Part shown: piece after piece, positions 1 to 13,854 of the stretch
Position numbering within the stretch: the stretch's first letter is position 1
How the letters are laid out: every line of letters starts with the position of its first letter
From: Octopus vulgaris
Taxonomy: Eukaryota
Direction of reading: 5' to 3'
Assembly: GCA_951406725.2 (NCBI GenBank)
Contig: OX597815.1
Span: 44,702,001-44,766,000 of the forward strand
DNA: 64,000 nt
Notes under the pieces: model-generated
Told to the model about the DNA's origin: nothing
Database searches by the model: none
The model's input: only the letters and a program-made list of their open reading frames with translations
Program-made: the position numbers and the translations under genes

Positions 1-100
1 AGTACTTATTTCATAGACCCCGAACGGATAAAAGGCAAAGTCGACCTCGGCAGAATTTGAACTCAGGAACGCCACTAAGCATTTTGCCCGGTGTACTGAT
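1..100 (-). mobile_element. SINE family A fragment (tRNA-derived; central GTCGACTTTGCCTTTCATCCTTTCGGGGTCGATAAA-type domain)
   Basis: Reverse complement reads gagttcaaattctgccgaggtcgactttgccttttatccgttcggggtctatgaaataagtact, matching the many family A copies in the window. Confidence 0.75.
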
Positions 101-619
101 CCATATCTTAATAATACTGCCTCATCTTGATTGCTTGAGTGAGATTGCCTACATTCAATACGGATTTTTAAAGTCTTCGAAATTCTGTGAAAAAGTATTT
201 TTTAGTGTGGTCTTCCTTCATTTCTAAACTTTTGATTTTATCACACCCCTGTATTCCAAGATATTTTTATACTTCTACATTTAAAAACTTATACTACTAC
301 CATCAGGTAGTTCTATTTCAGTACCATTTTTGCTCTTAAGGCTTTCTCTTCATCGCAGCACATTTCTCCATATCAAATATCATGACTATGTCGCTGCTAA
401 ATATTCATACTTACATACTATTTTGCAAAAACGAAAAAGGATAATAATAGAAATATGTTCAATATAATGCAATGCTAGTTACGAGCTACAGACAGAAGTT
501 ATTTACAAGGCATTTGCTATCTGTTGTATCATTATTATAAACAGAAAACACGAATGAGAAAGACAAGATGGAGTAAACAAAATAAGGCCAGAAAGAAAGA
601 GAAGACACGGAGAAGAACA

Positions 620-740
620 AATAGTCATTGAGGAGGTCACAGACTGTGTAACGAAAAAACATTGATAAAATAACCAATAACTAATGATTATAAGGCTGAA
701 GTGAAAGTCAAATAGTGCGTGTGTTTTTTAACAAAATGAC
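620..740 (+). mobile_element. Decayed PLE pLTR-like fragment related to the 3201-3507 arms, with a degenerate hammerhead
   Basis: ttgaggag-gtcacag-actgtgtaac-gaaa and downstream gctgaag...aaatagtgcgtgtgttt resemble 3360-3460. Confidence 0.45.
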
Positions 741-1544
741 CGTCCCCAAATAAATATAACAATAGCTAATAAGTCATTCCATTTTTTATCTTCTTTTAAG
801 ATGATGGTGTGTGATTTGTTTGGGATTTTGACCCTTGAATAATCCAGTAGATGCTTCTGTACTGAATGACCGCTATAGAAAGTATACTCCTTTGTACACT
901 AAATTTGAAAGGAAAGGCGAATAAACATAAGTGTAATGGTTTTGCTCATATGTCTGCTTAGAGTTGATATGACATTAAATAACAATATAAAATAATAAGA
1001 TTCTCTATACAGTTTCAATGCTCGGTAAGTGTAAATGACTATAGTTTGTAAGCAAACAAGTCAGTACATACGGAATGCAGATGGTACAATCATTACAAAA
1101 ATAACTCTCAATGTTAAGCAACACTATAAGGGAAAGGGATTCATAATGACTTTTAAATAAAAAAAAGTTTCTAAAAAGCGAAAAAAAAAATGATGAAACC
1201 ACTGTTTGCAAAATTTCCCCCAAGGAATTTTTAATGCAGTCAGCACGCCTTGAACTACTAAGTTTGCGACGGTGCAATGCCATAGTTGCAAACAGGCATA
1301 AAGAGCTATGACAATGAGTGTCGCAGCTGTAAGTTTAGTAAAGTCGTTTAACTCTAAACGGCCGAGTCAGTTCAGCTGTAAAGAACAAAACTAGCACTGC
1401 GTCATTTGATGTTTACGATACTTACAATGTAGGGCTGAGATTTTGCAATGTGTAGTAAGCAAAACAAGAATAACTCAAATAATTTAAAGCATGGTAACAG
1501 AACCCTATAAATTGGGTGAAGCAGGAGAATATACTCAGTAAAAT

Positions 1545-2230
1545 GTGGTGAGCTGGCAGAATTGTTAGCAAGCCAGGCAAAATTCTCAGCGGCATTTCGC
1601 CCACCTGCGTTGAGTTTAAAATCAGCCGAGGTCGACTTTACCTTTCATTATTTCGAGGTCGATAAAATAGTACCATCAAAAACATGGCATCTGAGATCGA
1701 TGTAATCGGCATACCCCATCTCCCAAAATTGCTGGCTTTGTGCCTAAATTTGAAATTAATATCTAAACATAGTGAGTGGATGAGCACTTAAAACAGAGTG
1801 GTGAGACAGCTGCGGAGAAAATTAATTAATTATAATATTATCATCCCGAGAGAAGTCAGTTAATTGCAATAATACTTTGTGGTATCTAGTTTCACTTCTC
1901 TACATTCTGAGTTCAAATCATGCCGAGACCAATTTCCCATTACATTCTTTCGGGATCGATAAGTAAGTATGATTGATATATTTTATCGATACAATCAATA
2001 TACCGATATAAATGCGAGAAGTTGCTCTTATGTTAGAAGTTAATACGGTCTTCAAAACCTAGGTGGGAGTTTTAGTAGACTGGGTAGAGCGCTGAACAAA
2101 ATTGCATGCACTCTGTTTCTGAATCGAGTTCCAATTATCCTTTCATTGTCGATAAATCAAGTTCCAGTGAATATAATCGTCTGTATCCCTCCTGGTTAAT
2201 CGGTAGTTTTGTGCCTGTGTTGAAAAGAAA
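1545..2230 (+). mobile_element. Cluster of three family A SINE copies (about 1545-1760 near complete; about 1895-2045 and 2060-2230 decayed)
   Basis: Head gagctggcagaattgttagc, B-box-like gagtttaaa/gagttcaaa, central gaggtcgactttacctttcat...gtcgataaaa, tail ttgtgcctaaatttgaaa. Confidence 0.7.
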
Positions 2231-2589
2231 GCAGCATTATGTTCCCCGAAAGAATGAGGTAATTGGCCGGAATTTGGGGACTTGCCGAAACAATGAAGCA
2301 TCAAAAACATCAAAGAAACTTCCTTTACATTTTATTGGCATCTTAATTCATTCGTTCAATAATTCAAAGTAATTGCCATAAAATATTTATATTCATTAAT
2401 ATAATCCTCATTGATCAATTAAATTAATAATCTTATAAAAGCTTTTAAGATGTTTCTCAATCTAGCGCCATCCCCTCCTGATATTTCTTTCTAAGCCCGT
2501 GACTTTCTAAGTACCAATGTCTAGTGTATGAAGAAAGAAGACGGTTTAGTTCTTTTAATCTATCTCACAACAACTAAATCATAATATTT

Positions 2590-3100
2590 GGATTTCACAA
2601 ATTTATGTCGTATATTGTTGGAAAATTCACCCCAAAAAGCCTCCTTAAAACGATAAACGTTAAACACATTTTCCGACCCTAGTTCAGTAATATTGCTGAT
2701 TGCTCCATCATCTGGATCCTCTCAGAAAGACAGATTTTTAATTCACGTGATCCATTCCAATAGGTTGTGGTTCCATCGTTTTAGTAATGTTCACCATATT
2801 AAAGAACGTTTTGATCATTAGTCATTAAGTTTCCAGAAAAATTGGGACATTAAGGTGGTATTTTCTCTGTATTTTGATCGAAATATGCAAATATACTGAC
2901 GATAACGACCCTTTAAATTGTTCTTGGTAAGTTTTATATAATACCTTTCAATACTATCCTAGGGTGTAATTGGTGCCCAATATACAACTCGTTTGATGAA
3001 AAAGAATGTCCCAAGTGCACAATTGTGGACCAATCAACATCGGTAGCGCTTGATCAGTGACGTCCGTTTAAGAATAACTGAGCATACTTTTGTATAAATT
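2590..3100 (-). pseudogene. Decayed Penelope-like element C-terminus (GIY-YIG endonuclease)
   Basis: Manual minus-strand translation gives MLSYS*...HNCALG...RVVYWAPIT...YYIKLTKNNLKGRYRQY...FRSKYRENTTLMSQFFWKLND..SLIW...YWNGS...CLSER...LLN...IRHKF. This parallels the PLE pattern KLSYSC..CPL..VVY..YIGLT..FK.RY..H..SF...T.LSKYIW.LK...W..CLTEK..LLN..CRH. Multiple stops are present. Confidence 0.7.
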
Positions 3101-3200
3101 AAAAATGTACTTTAGTTATATGTTGATAGAAAATATGTATGTATTTATATATGTATTCGTTTTGCAGGGTTCTTGATGTTAAACTCGTGTGTTGAAACAA

Positions 3201-3507
3201 ATATTGTTGTATTTGGAGATAGTCATGTTGCCAACATAGCCAATGAAAACACATTCACTATTCATTTGGTGTTCGCTTGCTTCAGCTTTATTTAATATTG
3301 ATTATATTTCGACCAGAGAGTTCTTTTATCACACTTCGGTGACCACATCAGTGGTTCTTTCATGAGGTCACAGAAGTGTGACGAAAGAATTCTGGCTGAA
3401 ATATAATTAATATGAAATAAAGCTGAAGCAAGCGAACACCGAATAAATAGTGCGTGTGTTTTCATTGGTGAAGTTGGCAACATGACCATCCTCAAATACA
3501 ACAATAT
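3201..3507. repeat. Long inverted repeat (about 145-bp arms, about 21-nt spacer), PLE pLTR-like, with a degenerate hammerhead in each arm
   Basis: atattgttgtatttggagatagtcatgttgccaac...gcttgcttcagctttattt...cacttcggtgacc is the reverse complement of ggtcacagaagtg...aaataaagctgaagcaagc...gttggcaacatgaccatcctcaaatacaacaatat. Confidence 0.85.
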
Positions 3508-4085
3508 ATATATATATTGTGTCATATGTTATAACCAAAAGTATGCATATGCACAAGCATATACGTTGGTACATATACATGCATATATAAGAACTCTCAA
3601 ACACTAACGTGCGCACACGTACAAACACACATTGACATACAGACATACGCCCACAGAGAATGCACAAACACACACACATACGCACATACATATGTATATA
3701 GCACCACTAACACCATCGTCATCATCACTAATTTAAAATCGAAAACAAAAACCACGATGAAACAACCAACAACACCACAACTAAAACCGCCACGACCATC
3801 GCCACCTCCACCTCAACTCATAGTGGGATTTTCATCATAATGCTAACACCAACTAAGACTCCATTTAGCTCATTTAGCTGACAGGTCACCTAAGCTGCCG
3901 TGCCTGTTTGTCTAATTTCGTCTGCCCCATGTGTATGTTATTCTTTAGTTGACCATATCATGTTTCTGTCAAATGTTGTCATAACGACTCCCAAGAGCTC
4001 ATTCAACGCGACATATTTATATTGTCGATTCGCTTTTCACGACAGGTATCCAGATAAAGAGACGCCGCGTGTTTTTTCTAGACTC

Positions 4086-4150
4086 TCTATGTATAATATA
4101 TATATATATATGTGTGTGTGTGTATGTATGTATGTATGTATGTATATATG

Positions 4151-4200
<50 letters not shown>

Positions 4201-4425
4201 AACACATATATATATATATATATATATGTATAATGTATATGTATGTACGTATGTATACAGACACGCACACATATACACGTACAGATATATGTATGTGTGT
4301 ATATGTCTATATATATGTATGCAAACACACATACATATATGAATATATACGTATATAACTATGTATATATATATATGTGTGTGTGTGTATGTGTAGGTAT
4401 TTGTAAGTATAAATACATACATACT
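4086..4425. repeat. Compound microsatellite (TA)n/(TG)n/(TATG)n/(CA)n
   Basis: Seen directly; it explains the overlapping [12 protein letters not shown] ORFs. Confidence 0.95.
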
Positions 4426-5216
4426 TTATGATGTATCAATTTATAATCAACGAAAAGTATACGTGGTAAGAAATACGGGATAAGAAGATACTGGATATGA
4501 TTAACTTCTTCCATTGTGTTTACAAGGAGCCCGATGGCTGTCGCTCTTAACTTCATTGTAATCACACTTTAATTCTATATGGAAACTTGCAAGATGAGGA
4601 ATATCCCAGGCGTTGCTGTATGGCAAGCGTTTTTTTTTTTGCCAACGGCATGACTCCGTGTTCAGTCCCACAGCGTTGTGATTGAGAGGATAAGTTAATA
4701 CCAGACAATCTCCTCTGCAAAATTTCATGCTGGAATCTTGCTTGCAAAGTGTTTAAATAACAGTTTAAGAGTTGCACCTTTTGATTAACTATAAAATGAT
4801 TGGATATAAGTCGGTAAATTATTATTGGAGCATCTCGCCTGTATATCAAATGTTTTAATCCTCATCCGTTTTGCTGAACGGCCGGCATTTATTTCATATT
4901 GCATGCAAACGTTATGCAATAAATTTACAGCTCATTCACTTCCTCAGACATTCCACATTATAATTTGATTCACAATAAGCTTACTTACGAATACCATGAC
5001 AACAAAAGTGTGTCTATTTATTTAATATTATTTAATAGACATAGTATTAAGTTTTCGTATTCAGCCACTAGAAATTTAGCTGAAACTATTGCAGCACAAA
5101 ATAAAAAGAAAATTATCGAATATATAAACTCTAAATAATCATAGAACTGATATGTATAATGAAATTAAAGTTATTGATAATCATTTGGAACAAGCTTTAG
5201 ATTCTATAATTGATCA

Positions 5217-5217
<1 letters not shown>

Positions 5218-5252
<35 letters not shown>

Positions 5253-5299
5253 GGGAAGCAAGCTTCTTACCACGCAACTACGTATACATGTATATATAT

Positions 5300-5392
<93 letters not shown>

Positions 5393-5398
5393 TATAAA
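5218..5398. repeat. (TTA)n, then a short minus-strand family B SINE head fragment, then (TA)n
   Basis: The tracts flank ttgggaagcaagcttcttaccacgcaactac. Confidence 0.85.
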
Positions 5399-5818
5399 TA
5401 AAATAGGTGTCTGAGAGACACCACCATGCTGAAATAGCAGATCAAAAACCACGTTTTACTCTATCTTTGCTTTTCGCAGTTTCTATGTCCTCCCCTCTCT
5501 TTCAACCACTAACATCATACAAGACTTTGTGTGTGTGTGCGTATGTGTGTGAGGGGAAGGGAGGGGATGAGCATTACTTATAATATCTGCATATTTAAAT
5601 ACTGCGTGACATTATCTGTTTCTCACAAACATAATTTCACTGTATTAGAACTAAGGGCAACACCCATCAGCTTATCCCAAGGACCTCTTTGGGGTAATTA
5701 ATATCTTGAATAAAGCTAACTTTATATCAAAAGAATTTCTTTGAAATCCAGGTATACTTTTCAACTGCGGACATTTGTTCACTCCTAACATACACACGGA
5801 CCTAGCGCATTGCATCGC

Positions 5819-5862
<44 letters not shown>

Positions 5863-5874
5863 TATTATATTATA

Positions 5875-7480
5875 TTGAATAAGAGAAAAACCACTATTAG
5901 GCAAATCATACAATGAAAAACTTAAGCCAATACATAAGATTAATTAATTTATATTATTTTAAATATATATCAAAATTATTAAAAAAAGATAATGAGTATA
6001 ACACTACGATCGTTTCATGGCTGTCCAATTCGTAAAAATTCGAGTTACAGTCAATCTTCAGGTGATTGAAATATCTAAGATATAATCAGAAATATTTAAA
6101 CAATATTTTTAAGATATAAATAATATATATAATATAATAATTTTACTTATAATAAACTCTATTATCAAACTAGAGACATAGAACTTAACAATTATGATTA
6201 TATCCAAATCGACTATAATGTTAAATATTAATTTTAATTTATAAGGTAAGAAACCCACCCATAATCTAATATCAATATTAGTCTATATCTAATTACATAA
6301 ATATTTAAAATGACTAATATATATAAATTATCAATGAAAATATATAAATGTATATAAATATTATAATTAAGATCTAAAATAATCTCTATAAATAATTGTA
6401 TATGCACATATAATAAAAACCTAATAAATTTAATTTTTCAAATTTAAAGATGAAATAGCTAATTTCAAAATACAAATAAACTAACTTAAACGAACTTTCG
6501 GAAATCTTATGTAAAATACTTTTAGAAATAATCAATTCGTAGTAATATAGTATCGAATAAATACTATAAATACTATAAATATAATTATCAATGGGAATAA
6601 TTATCGAATATAAATTTAAAGAAATAACTAAGTTATGCTATTAAATTAGACATGGCCTGGACCAATCTTTAGTCGAAACATATCTAAGTTTATCAAAGTT
6701 TATCTAATTTAATTATAAATTTAAAACTACAATTAATACTATTAAAAACATGTATATACAAAGCCTAACTTAATACACCTCGTATGCTTGCTATCAAATA
6801 ACAAATCTATCGCTAGGAAGTATCTTACGAATAAACTTAAATTTAATATCTAATAATATAGATAATTACGATAATTAGATCATTACATAAACAACGATAT
6901 TTACATAAGGAGAATATTATTACTCCAAAGGCTTATACAATATTAAAATTTACAATTTGAAGATCTTAAATAAATACATATTTATCTTAGCGAGGTTTAA
7001 CAATGAACTAAAATTTTGAATCAGAAAACGTCTTTTACAGCGTTTATAAGAATACTCGTGGAATTACGTTATTAACAACAAAAAAAAAAGAATAAATTGT
7101 TGAAGAATTCATTACGCGTGAGGACCCTACGTTTTATTAAAGATTGTGAATGGGAAAATTATTTGTTTATCATTGTAAATAGAATGAAATCACAAATAAA
7201 GAATAAAATCTCTCCATACTATAATATTTATTAATAAAATAACTATGATAAATGAAACTTAATACAAAATAAATTAAATGATTTAAATGATTAAAAACCA
7301 CTAATTATTAAATATATTCTAAAAATCTTATAAGATTAATAAATATATAAAAATTTATTTATATAGTAACCCCTCAACATACTATAAATTCTTTCCCATG
7401 CCCTTATAATAATAAGCTAAAATTAGTGATCATAACAAAATCTATAAATACTTATCAAAATTTGTAGTATAACTATACAT
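5875..7480 (-). mobile_element. Very AT-rich non-coding element ending in a hammerhead (putative non-autonomous PLE derivative)
   Basis: About 1.6 kb of non-microsatellite, strand-biased AT-rich sequence bounded by (TA)n tracts, with an HHR near its 3' end on the minus strand. Confidence 0.5.
6002..6064 (-). ncRNA. Minimal type-I hammerhead ribozyme
   Basis: Minus strand reads CAC-CUGAAGA-U-UGACUGU...ACAGCCA-U-GAAAC-GAUC-GUA-GUG. The core is intact, stem II has one mismatch, stem III is the palindrome ACGAUCGU, the cleavage triplet is GUA and stem I is CAC/GUG. Confidence 0.75.
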
Positions 7481-7528
7481 ACGTATACATCAATATATAA
7501 GAAAATATACATATACATATATATATAC

Positions 7529-7573
<45 letters not shown>

Positions 7574-7923
7574 CATATACATACACATACATATATACAC
7601 ATACGCACATACATACATATACATATATACACACATATATACACACACATACACACATACACATATGCGCACTCATACATACATGTACATACATACAATA
7701 CTCAATATATACACTTACACCTATATATATACACACCCACACACATACACATAAATAAATGTATATACATATACATATATATACACACACACATCATCAT
7801 ATACACATATATACATACGCACACAACCACATATATATATATATATGAGAGACAAACAGACAGATAGACAGTCATACGCTGATAGATATTTTTACACATA
7901 CATATAAATATGTATAAACATGT

Positions 7924-7991
<68 letters not shown>

Positions 7992-8030
7992 CGTGCCCGT
8001 ATTTGTGTGCGCGCGTGTGTGTGTGTGTAA
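7474..8030. repeat. Compound (TA)n/(CA)n/(TG)n microsatellite
   Basis: Seen directly. Confidence 0.95.
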
Positions 8031-8325
8031 ATTGTAACACAAATGGGCTGAGGTACACTACAGTTGTTTCAGACGAATTTCTTTTTTATTGATGAACAAC
8101 TCAATTAAATCATGCAAAAAACTTTTCTTCGGCTGTATCAAGATTAAAATCCGAAATTTAGCATCTAGGAGTTTGCTCAAAAGAATTTAGAATGTAGTTT
8201 AACCCTCTCATATCCAGAAGTAAGATACACGCGTGTGTATTCGTGCATGCGTGAGTGTGTGTGATATGTGTGTGTGTATGTGTCTGTCCCTGTGTGTATC
8301 TGTATGTGTCTGCGTGTCTGTTTGC

Positions 8326-8403
<78 letters not shown>

Positions 8404-8488
8404 CAGATGAATATGGTACTTAAGTTGAGGCATCAGAATTTAGTATGCTACAATTTCAAAATAAGATGATTAAAATCGAAATAAGCAA

Positions 8489-8546
8489 CAAGGAAATCCA
8501 GTGGTAATGCAGTACGATCGTACTGCATTACCCCTGGATATCCTTG
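8489..8546. repeat. 58-bp near-perfect palindrome at the 5' junction of the Penelope element
   Basis: caaggaaatccagtggtaatgcagtacga|tcgtactgcattacccctggatatccttg; the central 30 bp are perfect and there are 2 mismatches overall. Confidence 0.9.
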
Positions 8547-8547
8547 C

Positions 8548-10240
8548 ATCCTTCATTCTTCTACACGGAAAAGGCCAGACAGAAAAAGAAACAGACTACA
8601 TCACGAACTTCAAATGTAAACCCAGTCTTTTTTACGGCCTCCCTAAAATACATAAGAGCAAGATAATCAATGAAGCCTGCAAACAATCACCAGGCAATTA
8701 TATAAATATCCAAACGCCATAAGACTTGACTTTAAGACCCATTGTAGCTGGGCTGGCCTGTGAAACCACCGACTAAGCAATTTTCTAGACATCCTACTGA
8801 AACCCTTGCTGAAATACATCAAAAGTTTCATTAGAGATGATTTAGACATGCTAGAACACCTACCAAAAACGATTAATGAAGAGGAAATATTGGTTACCCT
8901 CGATGTTATCAATCTTTACACCAACATCCCCCATGGCTATGGAATAAAAACAATTAAATTCAGGTTGGAAAAGTACCCCGAAGTCCTCCCGGAACGCATA
9001 AACCATATCTTTATTAATGAATCCTTAAAATTTATACTTCAGAACAATTATTTCCTATTTCATGACACATACTATCGTCAGAAATGCGGAATTGCGATGG
9101 GGATGAAAGCAGCTCCTGTTCTTGCGAACCTAACAATGGGTTACTTTGAATTTACCTTATATGCAGTATCACTTCAGAAATATGGTTACCCATTTTACCT
9201 CTACATAAGAGATACCTAGATGACTGCTTTATCATCTAGAAGGAGAACATCGACAAACTTTTGGATTTCAAGTCAACACTAAATGACATAAATTGTAACA
9301 TTCAATTCACAATGGAATATAACAAAAAACAACTCCCATTTTTAGACATCATGATGAAAAAAGTTAACAATGAAATCATAACTGACATTTATTATAAACC
9401 AACTGATTCAAAACAATATATTCTCTTTAACTCCTGCCACCCGAAACACATCAAAATAAACATCCCTTTCAATTTAGCAAAAAGGATCTGCGCAATAGTG
9501 TCTGATAGAACAACTCGGGACCTTCGCCTTCAAGACCTCAAAACAACACTTATTGAAAGACAATATCCACACTCACTTATCGACGAGGGAATTAAACGTG
9601 CCAAACAATTAGACACAAAAACACTATGAACAACAAAACATAACACCACACCGCAACTCAAAACATTATTATTTATATCAACACACAGCCCCAGAAACAA
9701 TGAGGCATTCAGCACTATTGTGCGAACTCATCCTTTACTAACTACAGATCCAAAAATGAACGACATCCTGAAAACACACAAACTCATCAAATGCAAAAAA
9801 CAAGACTACTAACAAATGCGAAGCTTTACAAAACAACCACGGAACCAACGGTTGAAAAATGTGGACGCCCAAATTGTGGAACCTGCCCCAACCTGCTTGA
9901 AGGTTCGGATTTCCTTTTCAAACAAGGACAGATGTTCACAATTAAAACTAGTTTCACTTGTGCCTCTGAGAACCTAATTTATGTAATAACCAGCTCGGGT
10001 TGCGGACACCACTATATTGGACAAATGAGTATGACCTTGAGAAAGAGAACGACTCTACATAAAGAGCAAATCCGTTTTCCGCAATACAGACAAATTTCTT
10101 TCAGTGAACATATAGAAAAATGTGCAGGTAACATCAAGCCAAATTTTATAGTCTACCAGTGCAAAGACGCAATCTCTCAACTAGAACGTTTAAATAAAGA
10201 AAATTTTTTCATTGAAAAATACAAAACACCCTTAAGGGTG
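8548..10240 (+). mobile_element. 5'-truncated, frameshifted Penelope-like retroelement (reverse transcriptase plus GIY-YIG endonuclease)
   Basis: RT motifs FYGLPKIHK, RPIVAG, TLDVINLYTNIP, YRQKCGIAMG..APVLANL, RYLDD, FTME...LPFLD and YYKPT...NSCHP. Linker CGRPNCGTC. GIY-YIG motif LIYVIT...HYIGQ, then ERLNKE. Split over several ORFs by stops and frameshifts. Confidence 0.93.
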
Positions 10241-10377
10241 GGATATTGTACATATAACCTGTACATAGGTCTGGCTATAGTCCACAGTGTATACATAATA
10301 TAAATTAAAGTAATGAAACCATTGATGTATTAATAATTCTTGCTATTCTATTTTCTGTTCCCCTCATTCATTATATC

Positions 10378-10392
10378 TGTGTGTGTGTGTGC

Positions 10393-10467
<75 letters not shown>

Positions 10468-10640
10468 ATATATATGTGTGTGTGTGTGTGTAAGGGAGCT
10501 TTTATCTCCACCATAACTGGACAGTTGTGTTAGAAAACTGAGCAGAACTTTATTTACTTTCGGAGGCTGTTGGCAACATCAATACTTGAATAGATACTGA
10601 AATTCTTTATCTTCGTTTCTTTTTGTGAGCACGCGCGCAC

Positions 10641-10713
<73 letters not shown>

Positions 10714-10927
10714 CGTGCATGCGTCTGTGTGCGCGCATGTGTGTGCGTGCGTGCGTACGTGTTTATATACGTATGTTTTTTCTAATTAATATATATCTAT
10801 ATATATATATATATATATATATAACATATCGTATTTATATATACATATATATCATATATATGACGATAAACATAGGATAATTCATTCACCTATTTATATA
10901 TCATATGTATATATACATATATATATC

Positions 10928-10974
<47 letters not shown>

Positions 10975-11033
10975 TATACATATATATACATACATATATA
11001 TACATATATATATATATGGGTATGTATATATAC

Positions 11034-11090
<57 letters not shown>

Positions 11091-11104
11091 CATATATATA
11101 TATG

Positions 11105-11136
<32 letters not shown>

Positions 11137-11142
11137 TATATA

Positions 11143-11178
<36 letters not shown>

Positions 11179-11397
11179 TATATATATATATATATATATA
11201 GTATATATATATATAGTATATATACTTTTTATCATCCGACTGCAGAAGTATATGTATATATATATATATTTATATAAGTACGGACTATATAGGGGACAGA
11301 CACAAACACACACACATAAATATATATATATATATATATATATACAAGGTTTCTATATATATATATAGCAGAAGACAGTATATATATATATATAAAA

Positions 11398-11428
<31 letters not shown>

Positions 11429-11430
11429 TA
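10378..11430. repeat. Long compound (TA)n/(TG)n microsatellite block with short unique spacers
   Basis: Seen directly. Confidence 0.9.
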
Positions 11431-12290
11431 TATCAGCATGCAAAACTAAATGCAATGCCCAATGAATACACTGGACCCGGAGGAATTGCAATCCCAGAGG
11501 CACAATCAGTGCGTGACCTGGGTATTTACATGAGTGATGACGCAACCTTTCGTGTACATGTTGCTAAATTGGCAATGAAATGTAGACGACTGGCCGGATG
11601 GATTCTCAGAACCTTTAGAATAAGAGAACAAGAAACCATGATGGTCCTCTGGAGGACACTTGTCCTAAGCCACTTTGACTATTGCTCTCAGCTATGGTCA
11701 CCATCCAGTGTCAAGTTGATCACAGAACTTGAGGCGATCCAACGTGGCTACACGAAGAAGATAGCCTCTGTGCAGAATATAAGCTACTGGGAAAGACTCA
11801 AGAGATTAAAACTCTATTCCTTGGAGCGTAGGCGAGAAAGATATGCCATAATATACATCTGGAAGATCCTGGAGGGACTTGTCCCAAACTTTGGCATCGA
11901 GAGTTACACAAATGCCAGAACTGGGCGCCACTGTGTGGTGCCTAGGACTCCAAATTTGCCATCAAGATGTAGGACAAGTTACTGTGATAGCCTGGGCTTC
12001 CGAGGCCCACAGCTCTTCAATATCCTCGCGAAGAACCTAAGAGACCTGCATGGGGTGGATGCAGATGTCTTTAAAATGAAACTGGATCTCTTCTTGTCAG
12101 GTATCCCAGATGAACCAACTTCACGGCAGGAGTGCAGATGAGGGCAGCTGCATCGAACTCTCTCATACACCAAATGGCAGTTGCTAAAAAGCATTCGTGA
12201 AGTGAAACCATGTAGCAACACCAAATGGCGGTGCCCCAGCATGGCCACAGCTCGTGAGCTGAAACTAGAATCAATCAATCAATCAATCAT
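11431..12290 (+). mobile_element. 5'-truncated CR1/L2-group LINE (ORF2 C-terminus, 3' UTR, (AATC)n tail)
   Basis: ORF 11455-12141 contains VRDLGI, ILRTF, LVLSHFDYCSQLWSP, LEAIQR, SYWERLKRLKLYSLERRRER and RGPQLFN, typical of CR1-group ORF2 ends. It terminates in aatcaatcaatc. Confidence 0.88.
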
Positions 12291-12370
12291 ATATTATATT
12301 TTGTGAAATTTGATTTTGTATTTCTAAACTGAATTTTTCCCAGTAAGTTTGGAATAATAGTCCCTCATGT

Positions 12371-12910
<540 letters not shown>

Positions 12911-13315
12911 GGATATTAGGTTATATTCGATAAAGAAAGGTATTAAAAAGCCATCTTAAATGTTCGATTCACTTACGTCTGTGTGTGTGTGTGTGTTCAT
13001 TCTCTGCGTTTATTTGAATTAAACAAATCTATACATATAAATATATAATGCTTGACGTCCTTGTCCCACCTCTTGTTTTTATATAACCACATATTTGTAC
13101 ATCTCCATACATGATGCAAGCCCTTTTCGTAATACGTTTTACATGCATGAATGGTCCTTTTTGACAATAAACGAAAGTATTATTTAAGCTGATTCAGCTG
13201 GTTGAATTCGAAACACATGAATGAACATTACCGTAGCACTCGGTAACTAGGGGTCGGCACTTACGACATTAGTCTGTATTCATGAAACTGCATACAATAC
13301 AATATATATATATGT

Positions 13316-13402
<87 letters not shown>

Positions 13403-13854
13403 TGTATTTGAGTGCTATTACCCTGAGAATGTGCAATCATTTAGAGAAATATTTAGATACATATACATTCAACCATGAATGGCTGTGTGGATATTGTTTG
13501 TGCACCCTTTTCTTCTTAATCCGTCAGACGAAAATGATAGCAAGAAACCAGGTAAAGATTTAGAGATAAAGGTACAAGTGGTGATATGATAACAATCAGC
13601 AACTTTTGTCTGATACCCAGTACACGACAGAAGGTAACATAGTACATATATGTATTACTTAGTAGAATATTTGAAGGCGTGTTTCTCTTCTTGCTGTTTT
13701 CACTGCAACGAATGCATATTTAACGAGCCAACATAGTAAATTATATGCGGTCTCACGGTCTGCTTGATATAACAGCCAAGTTATCTTCAAATAACATCCC
13801 ACCGTCTTAAAAGAAAATAGGCAGTGGATAATGTAGTCTTACAAATAAACTGAA

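Noticed and set aside
1240-1335. Exon-like segment (atgcag acceptor to GCT|gtaagt donor)
   Set aside because: Stops in all three frames and no supporting homology.
3900-4431. Many overlapping ORFs rich in YI/HT/CV/MYV, here and throughout the window
   Set aside because: These are stop-free translations of (TA)n, (CA)n and (TATG)n microsatellites, not proteins.
4501-4900. Non-repetitive stretch with short minus-strand ORFs, possibly a decayed transposon
   Set aside because: No motif could be recognised with confidence.
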